Shown here piece after piece: positions 28,712-42,792 of a stretch of DNA of 64,000 nucleotides. Origin of the DNA: Rhina ancylostomus (Eukaryota); contig JARFYF010000112.1 of assembly GCA_030265395.1 (NCBI GenBank), positions 74,833,600 to 74,897,599 of the forward strand, in the 5' to 3' direction. Position 1 is the stretch's first letter, and the number at the start of each line of letters is the position of its first letter. Made by a program: the position numbers and the translations under genes. A model generated the notes under the pieces. It searched no databases. It was not told where the DNA came from and saw only the letters and a list, made by a program, of their open reading frames with translations.

Positions 28712-31700
28712 CTGAAATTAAAAAGAGTGGCATCTTCACTTTTTGGATTAATGAGTCAAAAGTTTTGCAAGTGTTAAGTACTTTGGGAGAAAACAAAGAC
28801 AAAATACTAAAAAACTTAAGTGTAGCACATTCAGCACAAGTTGCATCCCCACAGAACTTTAGCTGGCAATTAAAACTGATTTGCAGAGATTCCTTGACAT
28901 CATATGGCTATTTTTCCAGACTCTGAACAGAGTAAACAGTTACAAAAGGGATGTTTTTTTAAATCCACAAGCGTAAGTAAATTAGTTATTTATAATCATT
29001 TGCGAACAACTTGCAACATTTCGTTACCTCTAACGTGCTACTTTTCTGTGTATACTTTTTGCTTGTAAAAGAAAACATGAAGAATACCTGGGTTCACTTC
29101 TCAATTCCAGCAATCAATTCTACAAAGTGCCCAGTTGTAAATACAGTACACAAGGCCAAGACAAGATCAGATCTGGCTGTTGTCTTGCACCAAATAACTT
29201 ATGAATACTCATCACGTGCAATGCAATTTAAATTAGGAGTCTGAAGATTTGACTCATCAGCTTGAAACACTCAGCCAAAGGCTACTTATCAGAATAAGGA
29301 AGAAATATCAATAAATTTAAAATAATTAGCTAGATACTTTATTCCATTACATTATATTTTCACCTGAAGCAATTGTGCCCAAAAAGTCAAAGACAACAGA
29401 CAGCCACCAATGTTTTCATTGACTATACACATTAAAGTTCACAAAGCCAAGAGTAAGTTCAGCTAATAAATTCATTTATGAAGTATTCACTGTATTCAAC
29501 AAGAAGCAAATGTTAGTGCATTTAGACAACTCATGTCAATTTTCTTGATCAGCCATTAAGGCAACAGAAAAGTTTCAATGACATGTGTCAAAATTATATC
29601 CATATTGTGGCTGTAGAACCAAATAATAACTCTATGCAGGAGGTAGCCATCTGATTCAGGGACCCTGCAGGTACTTTATTGTTCAGCTATCCAAATACTC
29701 TTTCCCCATTTTTCTTTCATAGGCGCATACTTTTTCTTCTTCAAATATTTATCAGATTTACTTTTAAAAGGCACAATCACCACTTTCACGTAATTCATTC
29801 CAGATTGCCAAAACTTGGTCCATGCCAACTAGCTCATTACATCATATGTCATTCTCCTACCAAAATATATTTCACATTTTTACATAACAAATTTCACTTG
29901 CCATCCCTCTGCCCATTCCACCAGTCTGCATTTTTTCAAGTTTATTACTGTCATCCTCATAAGGATTGTCTACATTGTTCACAATATCAAAGGTTTTGCA
30001 GATACTCCAAGGCTGCACTTTTAATAAAATATTTCTTGCAATACAAAATATTTGATGCTTTATCACAAATTCTATTAAAATTTAAGATTACAACAAATTT
30101 CAAACTATTAGCTTTCAGAGAAATCACATTTGACATATCTGTCAGTTATTGGAAAGTGCAGAAAATACAGGATGTGGTGCATCTGGACTTTCAGAAGCCC
30201 TTCAACAGGTTCCAGAAGTTATATAACAAAATCAGAGCACATGGGATTGCAGTAACGTACTGGTGTGCAATGAGCATTGGTTAATGGATAGAAAATGATA
30301 AGTAGGAATAAACAGGTTATTTTCAGTTTGGAAGCTGGGACTAGTGGAGAATAGAAGGGATCAGCACTAGGACTCAGATGTTCACCATCTATATCAATAT
30401 TTTTATACAAGGAGCATGCATAATGAAAATTTACAAAAGAATGCAGATACTGGGAAATTTGGAAAGAAAATGCTGGAAACATTGTGCAACACAGGTAGCA
30501 TCTATGGAAAGAGAACCAGAAAATATTGAAGAGTCCTCGACCCGAAACAGACTGGGAATGAGAGAAAACAAGTTCGTTTTAAGCTGCAGAGTACATGGGA
30601 GCGGGATAGTAAGACAACAGGAATACTTGACTAGGTAAAGCCAGGATTGCTCTGGAGATAATTTGTAGAGGACGTCTAGGTGATTGGTTAATGGAAACAA
30701 ATTGAAAGAAAAAGGGAAGGAAAGTGGTAAAATGAAAATACAAAGGAAAGTGATGTGAACTGTAGGGCTGTAGGTCCTACCCAGGTTAGGTTGTGATGAT
30801 TGAGAGATAAAAATTGAGCTAGCATGACAGACAGTTGACTTATAGTGGAAGTAGCAATTTCTGCTGCAAGTCATCCATCTGTCATGCTGGCTAAGTTTTC
30901 TCTCTTCATCAGCATGTCCTACAGCCCAGCATTTCACACCTTTTAACGTTGCTTTCTTTGTATTCTCAATGTCTAACCCTCCCTCTCCTAACTTCTCTGC
31001 AACTTATGCTAACTTTTCTCTATCATTTCTGGAGGATTTTCAAACAGTAGGAAAGCCAACTGAAACAAGGGAATTTTAATCAGATAGGTAGTATGAAAAA
31101 GAGGATGAAGGCAATGAAACTCAGCAAAATAAATAAAAATGGGACTTTAAATTAATAGATTCAAGGCTGAGGGATACACCAATAGGCAGGAATGCCCAAC
31201 TGCAACTGAATAGTTGGAACTAATCTACATGCAGAACTCATCACAAATGTTTACATTTATAGCAACTTGCTCTTAATATTACTCAAAAGAGGGATAAACA
31301 TAAAATTTACATTGATTTTTCAGTCATCGGTTTTGCATCTTAAGCTCTTACTTTATGGAGGCAGACAGAGCTATGACAACTCATTCAGTAAAATAAACTA
31401 GTTTTGAGATACTACCCAACATACTTTCAGCCAGGTTGCACTGACTATAGCCAGCAGTTATAGATGGAACTGCCAGTGCTTAGTCACTGAAAGAAAAGTA
31501 GCTTTTGGGCTTCCATACACACTCCATGAAATGCTGAAGTCCAGGCCTTAACAGATTTGGAAATCTGTATTTATCAGTTCACTCTGTCTATGGCACCCAG
31601 TCTTGCTGGGATTCTGCAGAATGATGGTTGGGGGGTGGGGGGATCTTTGATCCTGAACAACATTACAAAGATGCCATTGATTTCAATGGGGATTGTAAGC

Positions 31701-32999
31701 CAAAGATTTAGCAGCTGAAGGATTTTTTTGGTAATTGTTTTCGCTTAATAATTTAATTACCTGTAAGTGTATAATTATTAATTTTTAAAAAATTAATAAT
31801 ATTGAANNNNNNNNNNNNNNNNNNNNNNNNNNNAATTGTCTATAAATGTCTGCAACATTTGAAAACTTGTAATCAATGACAACTTTGACAGCTGGTAAAG
31901 CTAAGACCCCAGCCTTGCTGGCTGTCAAAGATTGCTTGGGGTGTTGTGCTGCTGAGTGCATGCAACTGGACCCCAAGATACAAATGTAATTCCAGGTCCT
32001 CATCAACCAAAGGAAAGACAGGAGTGCAAGAACCATTGGTGGAGATACTGAGCCTGTAAATATAAACCAATATTGTATAGATGACACCAAGATAGTATAC
32101 ACCAAAAGCAATTTCTAAATTTCAGAGATCTCCACAATTTTCAATAAATAACAATAAATGCAGATATAAATTTCATTGATGCCTAGCCATGAATACACTG
32201 CTAATCAGTTTTGCATTTTAAATCCCAAAGACATCCAAATTGACAGTTAATTGGCTACTGTAAAATACCCATGTGTAGCTGGGCAGTAGTGGAGTTCATG
32301 AGCACCTGTGAAAGGGTAGGTTTTTGAGAAATAAGTGAGGGAATGGGATTGCTCTGTGGCTCAGTCTGGATGGGCTGAATTGCCTCCAATGTTGCAAGGA
32401 GAAAAATGAAAAGTATCATACCTGCCCATTTACATTTGTAGGTTAAGGGGCCCCTCAACTTTATTCTACATCTATCTGATATTGCTATTCCAAGAATCTA
32501 AAGTCTGCTGCAAATTATGTGCAGGAGTTTCCTTCCTGCATACCTACAGCATGTAGAAAAGTTTAAAGTGCTCTGTTCCAATACTCAGGAGAATCATGAA
32601 CTCAGAGGCTGGGAATTTGAAAATGAAGCAATGCGCTACATGTGAAAGATTAAAATAAATTGAGTTTACTGGCTTGCAATTGTATTTTAAGTAGTTTTGT
32701 GGCAACAATTGGACATCCAAATGTTTCTTGACAGTTCTCAACCACATATTGGAAGGAATAATTCCACCAGTAGACAATTTTCTAAGTTTTTCTGCCCTGT
32801 GATATAGTCATTGCATAAATAGGAAAACTGCATTTGCTTGAATGCAGTAATTAAAAGCAGTGGAAGCTGCAAAGTCTTTCATATTTAGAAATTCTCAGTG
32901 CTTCACAGCCAATTAACTATTTTAGTCACTGTTACAAGCCAATTTGTAAGCAGCATTACTCAGACTTCTTTGCAACTTGGGAGGCCATTCAGCACATTG

Positions 33000-33295
33000 G
33001 TCTCAGAGCTGGTATAGTCTCAATCACATCAGCTGCATTCCCCACCTTACTTCCCTGGAACCTATTTTCTCCCATACGCCTATCAATTCCTCCTGCCAGT
33101 TACCTACATCTGCCATTGCCAATTAATCTACTAGCACATCTTTATATTGTGGAAGGAAACCGGAGCACTATGGGAGGAACCTACACAGCCACAGAGAGAA
33201 CATGAAAGCTCCACAAAGACAGAACTGCAGATCAGGATTGAATCTGGGTCAGTGGAGCTGTGAAGCAGCAGCATTACCTGCTGTGCAGCCCTGCA
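33000..33295 (-). mobile_element. Degenerate V-SINE
   Basis: reverse V-domain GTGGAAGGAAACCGGAGCAC..GAGGAACCTACACAGCCACAGAGAGAACATGAAAGCTCCACA. Confidence 0.65.
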
Positions 33296-33639
33296 ATATA
33301 CTATTATTTTTCTCTCTGCATTTTGGGGATAAATAAGAATCAATGAACAAAGGGAAATATCATTTTCTTGAAAGGGTACCTTGGGGTCCTTTATGACTAC
33401 CCGATTCTGCAACTTTTCAAACACACAGCATTGCCAGTAATCCATTAAAGCTTCAGCACAGATCTTGTCCCTGGAGTTAACACAAACCTTCTGACTCAAA
33501 AATGAAAATGCCATCATTAAGCCTAACCCTGAACTGAGGAAGAAGCATAAATAAATAATGAATAGGCCATAATCATGAGTTGTGTATAGCTGCAAGGCTA
33601 GAAAACAAATCCGATGATAACAGGTGTGTGCAAAGTGAT

Positions 33640-35720
33640 GATACCAGTAGTATTACATAGAGTAAGCCAGCCTAATCCCACCTTCAGGAACTTGGTTCAT
33701 GGATCCACAGGTCATAGCCCTTTCAGAAACACATTCAAATACTTTTAAACCATGTGATAAAGGTTTCTGGCTCTATGACTCTTTCAGGCAGTCAGGTCCA
33801 AACCATAACCACCCTCTGGGTGGAAGCTAAATCCCCTATTTCCCACTTAATCCTTCTACCAATTACAATCAATTTATGCTTCAGAGTTTTATCACCCCTC
33901 TACAAAGGGAACAAGTTCCTCATAATATTCTACACCTCAATTAAAATTCTCCTAGCATCTTCTTCAAAAGACAACAACTCTATGTTATCCTCAATGCTAA
34001 ACTTCCAGTCAACAACCTGATAAATCTCCTTGGCACTATTTCCAAAGCAATCACATCTTTCCTGTAAAGTGACAACACAAGTAGTACTCCATACTCAAAA
34101 CGTGGCCTCATGGCTTCATCATTGTTGCATTGCTCTAGAAGGACCTTCCTCCTTGTATGTTCAATGTCTCATACACTTTGCCAGTATTGCTACTTTTAAG
34201 TATATGTGGAAATGCACTCCAAGATCTCCCCCCCACCCCCAAAACACACCAATGAATGGCTTCACACTTCCTGCATATTCCTTTGTCTTCTTGACCTCCC
34301 CAAATGTTCTACTTCACACAGTGGATTAAATTGCATTTGGCACTTTTCTGACCAACTGAGAAGAGCTTCTTATCTCGCTCCATTCTAATGCCACCTTCTT
34401 CTGTCAATCACAAGACCAATTCCTTCAACATCTGTAACTTCTACCATGTCACCACCTACATTTAAGTTTAACTACTAATATTTGACACAAAGTCAAGGAA
34501 CCAAATGTTAACAGTTTCCAATCACAAACACACCCATCAACCATCATCCTTCCTTCCTGCCATGGAGTCCATTTCAGAACCAAAGAGAAAAACAATGATC
34601 AGTGCCTCTTTATTCCAATGTTAACTTTGCTCTTTTCCATAATTACATTAAATCTAATTAAATGATCAGTACCACAAAACTGTTCCGTCACTAATAACCT
34701 TGTCCTTCCTGCTTCATTGTTAAGGTTGCTACCTACTGAATAAAAAAAGCTCTCCTGTATATCCTTAAATCTTTCACTGTCTGCATCCCAGCTAATACAA
34801 GAGTAATGGAAGCATTGAAATTTCTCACCATTTCTGCAATAGTGATTTTGCACTTCACAGAAATTTGCCAAAGTAAAATCTATCAGACTTGGACTATTTG
34901 GAGGTCTGTAGCATACTCTCACTGTGATTTCTTCTGTAAATCAACTCATCGAGCACCATTAGATGATCCTTCCCACATATGATTTTCTTCCCATTTTTAA
35001 GAAAAAAATCACCCACCCCAATCATCACCCCATTTTTTGTACCTCCCTCTCTTAATTGAAAACTTACAGCCAAGAGCATAAAGCTGCCCTCTTATTTCTT
35101 GCTTCAGTAACCACAAAAACATATTTCCACATGCCTATTGGAGCTCATCTGATTTGCTCACTCTCACTGCGTTTAGGTACATTCCATTAAATAAATCAGA
35201 CACTTTTGTTTCCTTTCAAACTTTTGTTTGCATTGCCACTCTTTCCAGTTTTCTCTATTTTAAACACATGCTTAGCTTCAAACCTCATGAGTAACATGAG
35301 CAAACTCAGCTCACCCCTACGAGGCTTCATGTCCATGCTCTGTTGAAGTAACACATTTAGTTTGTACAGGTACCACTTTGCCCAAAACTAGACCCAATGC
35401 CCTGAGAATCTGTAACTCTTTCTGCTACATTACCTCCAAGTCATTCATTCATCTGCACTCTTTTGATTTCTTTGCTCACTAGTAAATAGCACCAGGAATA
35501 ATGCAGTGATTACCAACTTTGAAATCCCTCTCCTTCTTTCTTTGCTGAATTAAGTCAGGAGATGTGGTCATAGTATCAACTTAGAACACATCTCCATCTA
35601 TTCACCACTCCCCTTGAGAAAGTTTTGCAGTTTCCAAGTCCTACTCTTAAACCTGGCAACGTACCACCTTGGAATCACACTTACAAAGGCAAAAACATCT
35701 GTGCCCACTTAGAATCACCG
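33640..35720 (-). mobile_element. Old, highly decayed CR1 LINE (ORF2 3' end, endonuclease and ORF1 remnants)
   Basis: VCYRPPNS endonuclease motif (34599-34922) plus CR1-like 3' sequence; many stops; boundaries approximate. Confidence 0.55.
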
Positions 35721-37858
35721 ATAACTACCACACTCTACCTTTCCCCTCCGTGTGTAAATGCGCCACCCATGCAGCCATAGCCTTGATCTTAGCTGCAATT
35801 CCCCATCAGATTCAAAAAAATTCCACTGAGAAAGCACAATTCCCTCAGACAGGTCTCCCAAACGAACTACCTGCTCTTTTTTTGTCTGTTTGTCAGTTAC
35901 CCAGTGCCCTGGCAAAGCAGATAACTCTTTATTCTTAGTGATAATCGGTATCCTTTTTTCCAAGGCATCAACTCGGGCTCAGCTAAAGTTCACTCTTTGG
36001 ACCCCATCTAACCCAACCCATTATAGAGCATCATAAAGTTCTACATATCCAGATATCAACTCAACCTCAACACTCCCAACAAAAAAAAAATCATTTAACA
36101 AAACCATTTCTTTTGCAGTTGAGATTCCTGACCACCATCTCAAGTAACTGTCTTCCTCTCAGAAAATGGGATAACTCTGTTTGGGTACAATGCTTCTTCC
36201 TTCATCTGTTCCTGCAACTAGGGAAGTGTTTGCCAGTATAAGTTGCTGACTAGCCACAAGAATAACGACAGAGACATATGCTCAGAGTATCAGTAAAATT
36301 ACTCACTTATTCCCTTAACATCTATATCACTAAACTGTTAAATAAAACTCTACTTTTATGCAAACTTTTAATATTTCTTGCTAAAATAGTAAAAGCACGA
36401 TGATGTTTTATACATCATCATGTATACATTATACACGTTTTATAAATAGTAAAAGACAATGACTGGAGTTAGTTTTTCATTTACTGGAAATATAATTAGC
36501 CACAAATAGCTACCATATTGGCCAAATATTCATGGAGCCACAAACTGCCTTTCTTTCCCCAAACATTATTCTCAAAATGCTAAGTACTATCAATTCATAT
36601 TATACAACAGCACCTACTGTGAAAAGTGTTACCAAATTAAAACGAAACACAATATAGTTGAATTATTTCAGTCGTTTGCTCTCTCATCTGTGAAGTTACC
36701 CCTATTTTTTTCTTTCAATTCCCAATTTACCAAGAATTTCAGATCCACAAGTCCCTTACGCAAAGTCTCACGTCAAGAGAAACTGTTTGCAAATTACTAC
36801 ACAGAGAAGGAATCATACCTAGGACCTCTTTAGTGACTCTAACATTTTGCCCATCTCGAGTCAGTATCCAATTTAAAATTAACCAAATTTCTATTTCTCC
36901 TATGCATTTGCCACCTTGAGAGTTCAGAAGATGCCAAGATGATCACAAGTTCAATATCTACCTTGCATTATCTTAACCAATCTCTAACAACCCTACAAAG
37001 AGGATGCTACAACTGTTGAAATGGAATAAATAAAGCCTCTTATGACATGTCAGTTAAAGGACTAACATACCCAAATTAGGCTCAATCTGTGAGGAATTAG
37101 TTGATGTCAATATTATTCAAAATGAATAGAAAAAATGAAGGGAAAAAAATTAACATCCAATGATTTATCAAACAGAATAGGAAAATTACAATTTCTCTAG
37201 TTTTCTGTATTCAAAATAAAAAGTTTAAGTGCAAGTTTGGACAGCATCATCGTACCCAAGATACAAGGATGTAAAGATACATTACTCTTTCTATTAACAC
37301 AAGCACACAATTTTTGCCCAGTACACCTGAACAAACCTTATATTTACCATAACTTGTTATTTTTAAGAACTTCAGTAATAACACAATTGTAAATGACAAG
37401 TACAATAACATACTGTAACTAGCAATTTAAAAAATATATGCAATGATTAAGGGTAAAAGTGAAGTTTAAAATTTAAACAAGGGAAACAATCTGGCCTTGT
37501 TTTATGTTATGCTGAATTTAATAAATGCATAAATTGGACTTATCAACTTGGCAGATAATAGTTCAATTTGAGTGCACTTTTAAAAAAATGAGGTGGTAAT
37601 GTAACTCTATGTTGTGATGATTGCTTGGACACACAAACTAGTGGAACAATGTCTTAGAAGGCACTTTGGACTACATTAAAATCTGGAAATCAACCTTAAC
37701 TATGAAATGAATTTTGTAAATTTGATTCTTAGTGATGTGCACAACTAAACAAAATTTATGCATAATTATGTTTTTTTTAAATGAGCTGCTAAAGGCCTAG
37801 GCAAAGAGCAGGCCTGAATCTGTTACCTGCCACATTTTATTTTAAAACCTTATTATAC

Positions 37859-38249
37859 CTTTGAAATTTTTAATAACTAATTTTTTAGCCGTCCCCGGCT
37901 TGCTGGTGGCGAAGGTGGTGGACTTGGTCAGGCCGTTGGCGTGCCCCGTTAACACGGAGCAGCTGCTGTTCTTCCTCTGCTCCTCCGCCATCATCACATC
38001 GAGTCCCACAAAGTCCAACGAGTCCTCGAACTTTACTCTCTTCTGGAGCTGGTGGTTGCAGCAGGTGGTGGAGGAGGAGGAGGACGACGACGACTTGGGG
38101 GCTGAGGAGAAGAGTTGGAGCTGGGCTTGCTGGGGCGCCTGGTGCTGGAAGTCGCCGGCCTCGGCTAACTTTCGCTTCCTCGGACTAACATCAGCCTGCG
38201 GTCGCACCTCCTGCGGCGAATTTTGTGAAGAGAGGCCCGTTCGAAACAT
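37859..38249 (-). CDS. CUL4B: Cullin-4B, first coding exon (N-terminal extension with basic NLS-like motif and poly-Ser)
   Basis: [58 protein letters not shown] resembles the CUL4B-specific N-terminus; ends AAAG|GTATAA (391 nt, phase 1); GC/CpG rich. Confidence 0.95.
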
Positions 38250-38340
38250 GAAAACTTAAAGCCGACGCCGTCCTATTNNNNNNNNNNNNNNNNNNNNNNN
38301 NNNNNNNNNNNNNNNNNNNNNNNNNNNNNNNNNNNNNNNN

Positions 38341-38580
38341 NCCGGGGGGGCGGGGGGAAAAAGGAAAAAAAACACAAATTTAGAACCGACTCGGCGAGAT
38401 TTCGGTCACTTGTTTTGTCAATAGAGTAAAATGGCGGCATTTCCGGCGCCCCGCGGCCCGCCGGGAAACTTCCATCCTGTGACGTCACAGGGAGCCAGCC
38501 GCCCGTTTGCCCGCCAAATGTCTTCTCCGTCTCCAACGTTGAATCCTCCAGTGTGGGGAAAACCAATATCCGCGAAGTTA
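38341..38580 (-). promoter_or_regulatory. CpG-rich CUL4B promoter / 5'UTR region
   Basis: CpG-dense stretch just upstream of the ATG; YY1-type AAAATGGCGGC (38428-38438), ETS-like TTTCCGG, CRE TGACGTCA (38480-38487), E2F-like TTTGCCCGCCAAA (38506-38518), CCAAT near 38563. Confidence 0.7.
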
Positions 38581-40339
38581 AACTGGTGAAACGTGGACCG
38601 TTTATCTCAGGGGATTTTCCGATATGTGACACTGAACCATTTCAAAGAGGGAATAGCATTGCAGTTGTCTCCCATGACTTTTGCGTCCCTCTGGAGTTTG
38701 GTTGGACAGGGTCCTGGTAGGGTGGATCCATCGCAGGCTGCAATGGGTGTAGGAAAAAGGGCCGTTTGGTTTGATGCTTCATAAACCACGTGTTTCTCTG
38801 GCTGTCTACTTCTAGGTGCTGCCACAATTCTTTGAATAAGCATCCAAGTGTTATATTTCATTTGTCACCAGGTTCCCAGGTGTCCCCTAACACTTCATAT
38901 TGTTCCTTTTCGTGCACCTCGTATACCATCTTAGTCCTCATTCTCACTGCCACACGATGTGCTTGACTTTTTTTTAACAGCAACAGAAAGAGTGCAACAT
39001 AGCTTCATCAGGTTGATTCCTGGGATATGGGATTTGCCATACGAGACAATTTAAGCAAATCTGATATAGAATAATGAGAGGTGATCTTATTGATGCATGC
39101 AACATTTTTGACAAGGTAGATGCAAGAATGATTCCCCTATTGGGATGTCTCGAGCTGGGGTGACAACCTCCAAATAAGGGGTAGACCATTCAGGACAGAA
39201 ATGCAAAGATATTTCATCAGCCAGTGATAGTGAACCTTTGGAATTCATCATGTTCCTTATTTAATTGGACATAAATGGTTATATTTCATGGAAAAACATT
39301 GGAACTGTCGATGTCAACACGAATTACTAGAAAAAAATTTCTAAAAATTCTTTATAGGCTCTTACTTTCTGAAAAATGGCTATTTGTTTACATAACAACA
39401 AATTCTGCACTTTAAAACAGTTACCATTTTTGAGAAAATACAAAGGTATTCTTGTCACAGCATTGTTTTCACTATGGCTGGGATGCCTAGAACCAAGGGT
39501 CACAGTCTCAGAATAAGTAGTCAGTCATTCAGGATGGAGATTTCTTCACCTGAAGGTTAATGAATCTTTGAAATTTTTTTGTTCAAAAACGCTGTAAAGG
39601 CTCAGATACTGAACATATGCAGGATAAATGTTTAGATATTATGTGAATCAACAGATACAGAATTAGTGCAATCAGGTGGCAGTGATGTAATATAATCAGC
39701 CATTGAATGTTGGGGTAGGCATGAGGGGACAAATGGCCTACTCCTATTTCTATTTTATATTTTCTTATGTATTTTTCCTGCTCATACTCCTGCTGTAATC
39801 AATGCTCTAACAAACTACAGTTAGGAATTCCTGTAAGATCAAGAATTCCAGGTAGCAAGAGTTCAAACAGGTAGCATTTACCTTTTGCTATGTCCTCCCA
39901 CAGCACCATCATTGTAATTAAGTACAAGCCCTTGTAGCCAAGATTCATTGGGTTATTATTGCACAGAATCAGAGAGCAAGACAACTTAGAAGGAGAAAAT
40001 TTGGCCCATCATGCCTATGCCAGCTCTTTGAAAAGCTGTCCAATTAGTTTGGCCTTTGTTCTTTCCCTATAAGCCTGAAAAATGTTCCCATTCAATTGAA
40101 AGTTGTTGAATATATTTCCACTGCTCTTTCGAGCTGTGTAAATTGGTCAAAGTCTCTTTGGTTATTTTGTAAATTAATTCAATGTTCACTGGCTATGAAC
40201 TCTTTTCACACCGTAAACTGTTTGCCCCATGTACTCTGTCAAGATCCTTCAAAATGTTGAATAGCTACTGTAGAAAGGACCATGACTTCTTTACTTTCTC
40301 CACATAATGAACTCTCTCTTTATTGGTACTATTCTAGTA

Positions 40340-40615
40340 AATCTACTGGTGGGATGTGCTTTCAGTTTTTTGTATCTTCTGCCTGATAGGAGAGGGAAGA
40401 AGAGAGAATGTCCTGGTTGGGTGGAGTCTTTGATTATGTTGGCTGCTTTACTGAGACAGCAAGAAGTATAGACATAGTCCATGGAGGGGAGGCTGGCTTC
40501 TGTGATGTGCTGAGCTGTGTCCACAATTCTCTGCAGTTTCTTGGGGTCCCGGGCAGAGAAGTTGCTGTACCAAGCTGTAATGCATCCAGATAGAATGCTT
40601 TCTATCGTGCATCGA
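40340..40615 (-). mobile_element. Rex1/Babar-type non-LTR retrotransposon 3' fragment
   Basis: DTAQHITEASLPSMDYVYTSCCLSKAANIIKDSTQPGHSLFFPLLSGRRY; same family at 53150-53412 and 56060-56660. Confidence 0.7.
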
Positions 40616-40707
40616 TATGGTGTTCCTTCTTAATCTTTAAAATTGTATTATTCATTGTTTATTTTAGCAAGTGGAATGTTATGCCACATTTCTTCTGGTT
40701 AGAGTCC

Positions 40708-41975
40708 TAGAGTCATACAGCACAGAAAAAGGCCCTTCGGTCTAACTGGTCCATGCCAACCAAGATGCCCCATCCAAGCTAGTCCCATTTGCCAGCATTT
40801 GGCCCATCACCTTCTAAAGCTTTCCAATCAATGTACCTGTCCAACTGTCTTTTAAAAAATGTTACTGTACCTGCCTCAACCACTTCCTCTGGCACCTCAT
40901 TCCACATGGATAACATCCTTTGTGTAAAAAAGTTGGTCTTTTTCTCTTAAATCTTTCCCCTCTCACCTTAAACCTTTGCCCTCTAGTTATTGATAACCCG
41001 ACTCTGGGAAAAAGACTGAGTGCATTCACCCTATCTTTGCCTCTCATGATTGTACACCTCTATAAGATCACCGCTCAGTCTCCTACACTCTAAGGAATAA
41101 AGTCCTAGACTGTCTAATGTCTCTCTATAACTCAGTCCCTCAGGTCCTGGTACCATCCTTGTAAATCTTTTCTGCACTCTTTCCAGTTTAACAAAATCTT
41201 TCCTATTAGCAAGGTGACCAAAACTGAACACAATACTCCAAGTGCGGCCTCACCAGTGTCTTGTACAACTGCACCATGACCTCCCAATTTTTGTAGTCAG
41301 TGCCCTGACTCATGAAGGCCAGTGTGCCAAAAGCACCATCCTGTCTACCTGTGACTCCATTTTCAGTGAACCATGTACTTATACTCCAAGGCCCCTCTGT
41401 TCTACAACACTCCCTCGGGCCCTGTTGTTCACTGTGAAAGTCCTACCTGGATTTGACTTTCCAAAATGCAACAACTTGCACTTATCCATTTCCTTGGCCC
41501 ACTTATGCAGCTGATCAAGATCCCCCTGTAATTTTTGATAAGCTTCTTCATTGTCCACTATACCACCTATTTTAGTATGATCTGCAAACTTACTCCCCAT
41601 GCATTGTACATTTTTATCCAAATTGTTGATATAGATGATAACAACAATGGGCCAGGCACTGAACCCTGAGGCACACCATTAGTCACAAGCCTCCAGTCCG
41701 AGAAACAACCTTCTACCATCATTCGATGCTTTCTACCATCAAGCCAACTGTGTATCCAATTAGCCAGCTCTCCCTGGATTCCATGAATCTAACCTTCCAG
41801 AGCAACCTACCATGTGGAACCCGATCAAAGGCCTTACTGAAGTCCATATAAACCACATCTACCGCCCTGCCCTCATCAACTTTGGTCACCTCATCAAAAG
41901 ACTCAATCAAGTTCACAAAACATGATCTCCCATGCATAAAGCTATGCGGACTACCCCTCATCAATCCCTGACTTT
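40708..41975 (-). mobile_element. CR1 LINE ORF2 (reverse transcriptase through 3' end), degenerate
   Basis: HSFMHGRSCFVNLIE..VDVVYMDFSKAFDRVPHGRLL, SKFADHTKIGG, LERVQKRFTRM, RRLSGDLIEVY. Confidence 0.92.
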
Positions 41976-42756
41976 CCAGATTCTCCTCTTTCTTATCATC
42001 AAAATTCATCATTTGCTATTTAAATTTCATGAACCATGCTTCCACTGATATTACTAGTATGTAGGCCTTACCAAAGTTTGTTACCATTTTATCAAGATTA
42101 GTGTCAAATGAAAACTGAAATTTTGTCTACGCAAGTCAAGATCATTAATAGATTTTTTTAAAAAAGCAGCGTCCCTAACACCAAGCCCTTGGAACTCCAC
42201 TCCAAACTTCCCTGAGTCATAACATCAACTATTTGCCACTACTCTGCAACCTTAGTCAAATTCATATCATTCAAACATTTTTCATTGAATCCCATGCCCC
42301 CAAATTTGCTATCAAGTCAATTTTGAGGTAATTGGTGTTTACCTGTTAAAAGTTCAAATACACAACATCAACTATCCTCTCCATTACATTTTCAAAGATT
42401 TTTAGGCATAATTTACCTATAACAAATTCATGATGGATTTTATATGACCTGAAATCTCCAACTAAACATCAGGAAGACAGAAACCTTTGGTTTTGGACCT
42501 TCCTCCAAATTCCATAAGCCACATATATCATTCCCTCTTTCCAACAACTATCTGAAACTGAACTAGACTCTTCACAACGTTGGTGTCATAATTAACCCTG
42601 AGTTGAGTTTTGGACTTCCAACTGCTCACTCAGACCAATGTCAAAACATCATTTACTTCACTTCTGCCTCAGCTTATCTATGACCTCATCTATTGTTTCT
42701 TGGGTAGCCTTCCACACTCAACTCTGTAACACTGAGGTCATTCAAGAACTTACTGC

Positions 42757-42792
42757 GTGGGAAAGGTAATGTGGGAAAGGTAATGTGGGAAT
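42757..42792. repeat. 14-nt tandem repeat GTGGGAAAGGTAAT, about 2.5 copies
   Basis: read directly. Confidence 0.85.

Noticed and set aside
29679-30284. 201-aa plus-strand ORF
   Set aside because: Runs through decayed CR1 fragments (DVVHLDFQKPF); composition typical of random AT-rich DNA.
37861-38259. 132-aa plus-strand ORF antisense to CUL4B exon 1
   Set aside because: Shadow ORF of a GC-rich coding exon; TTG start; no recognisable protein.
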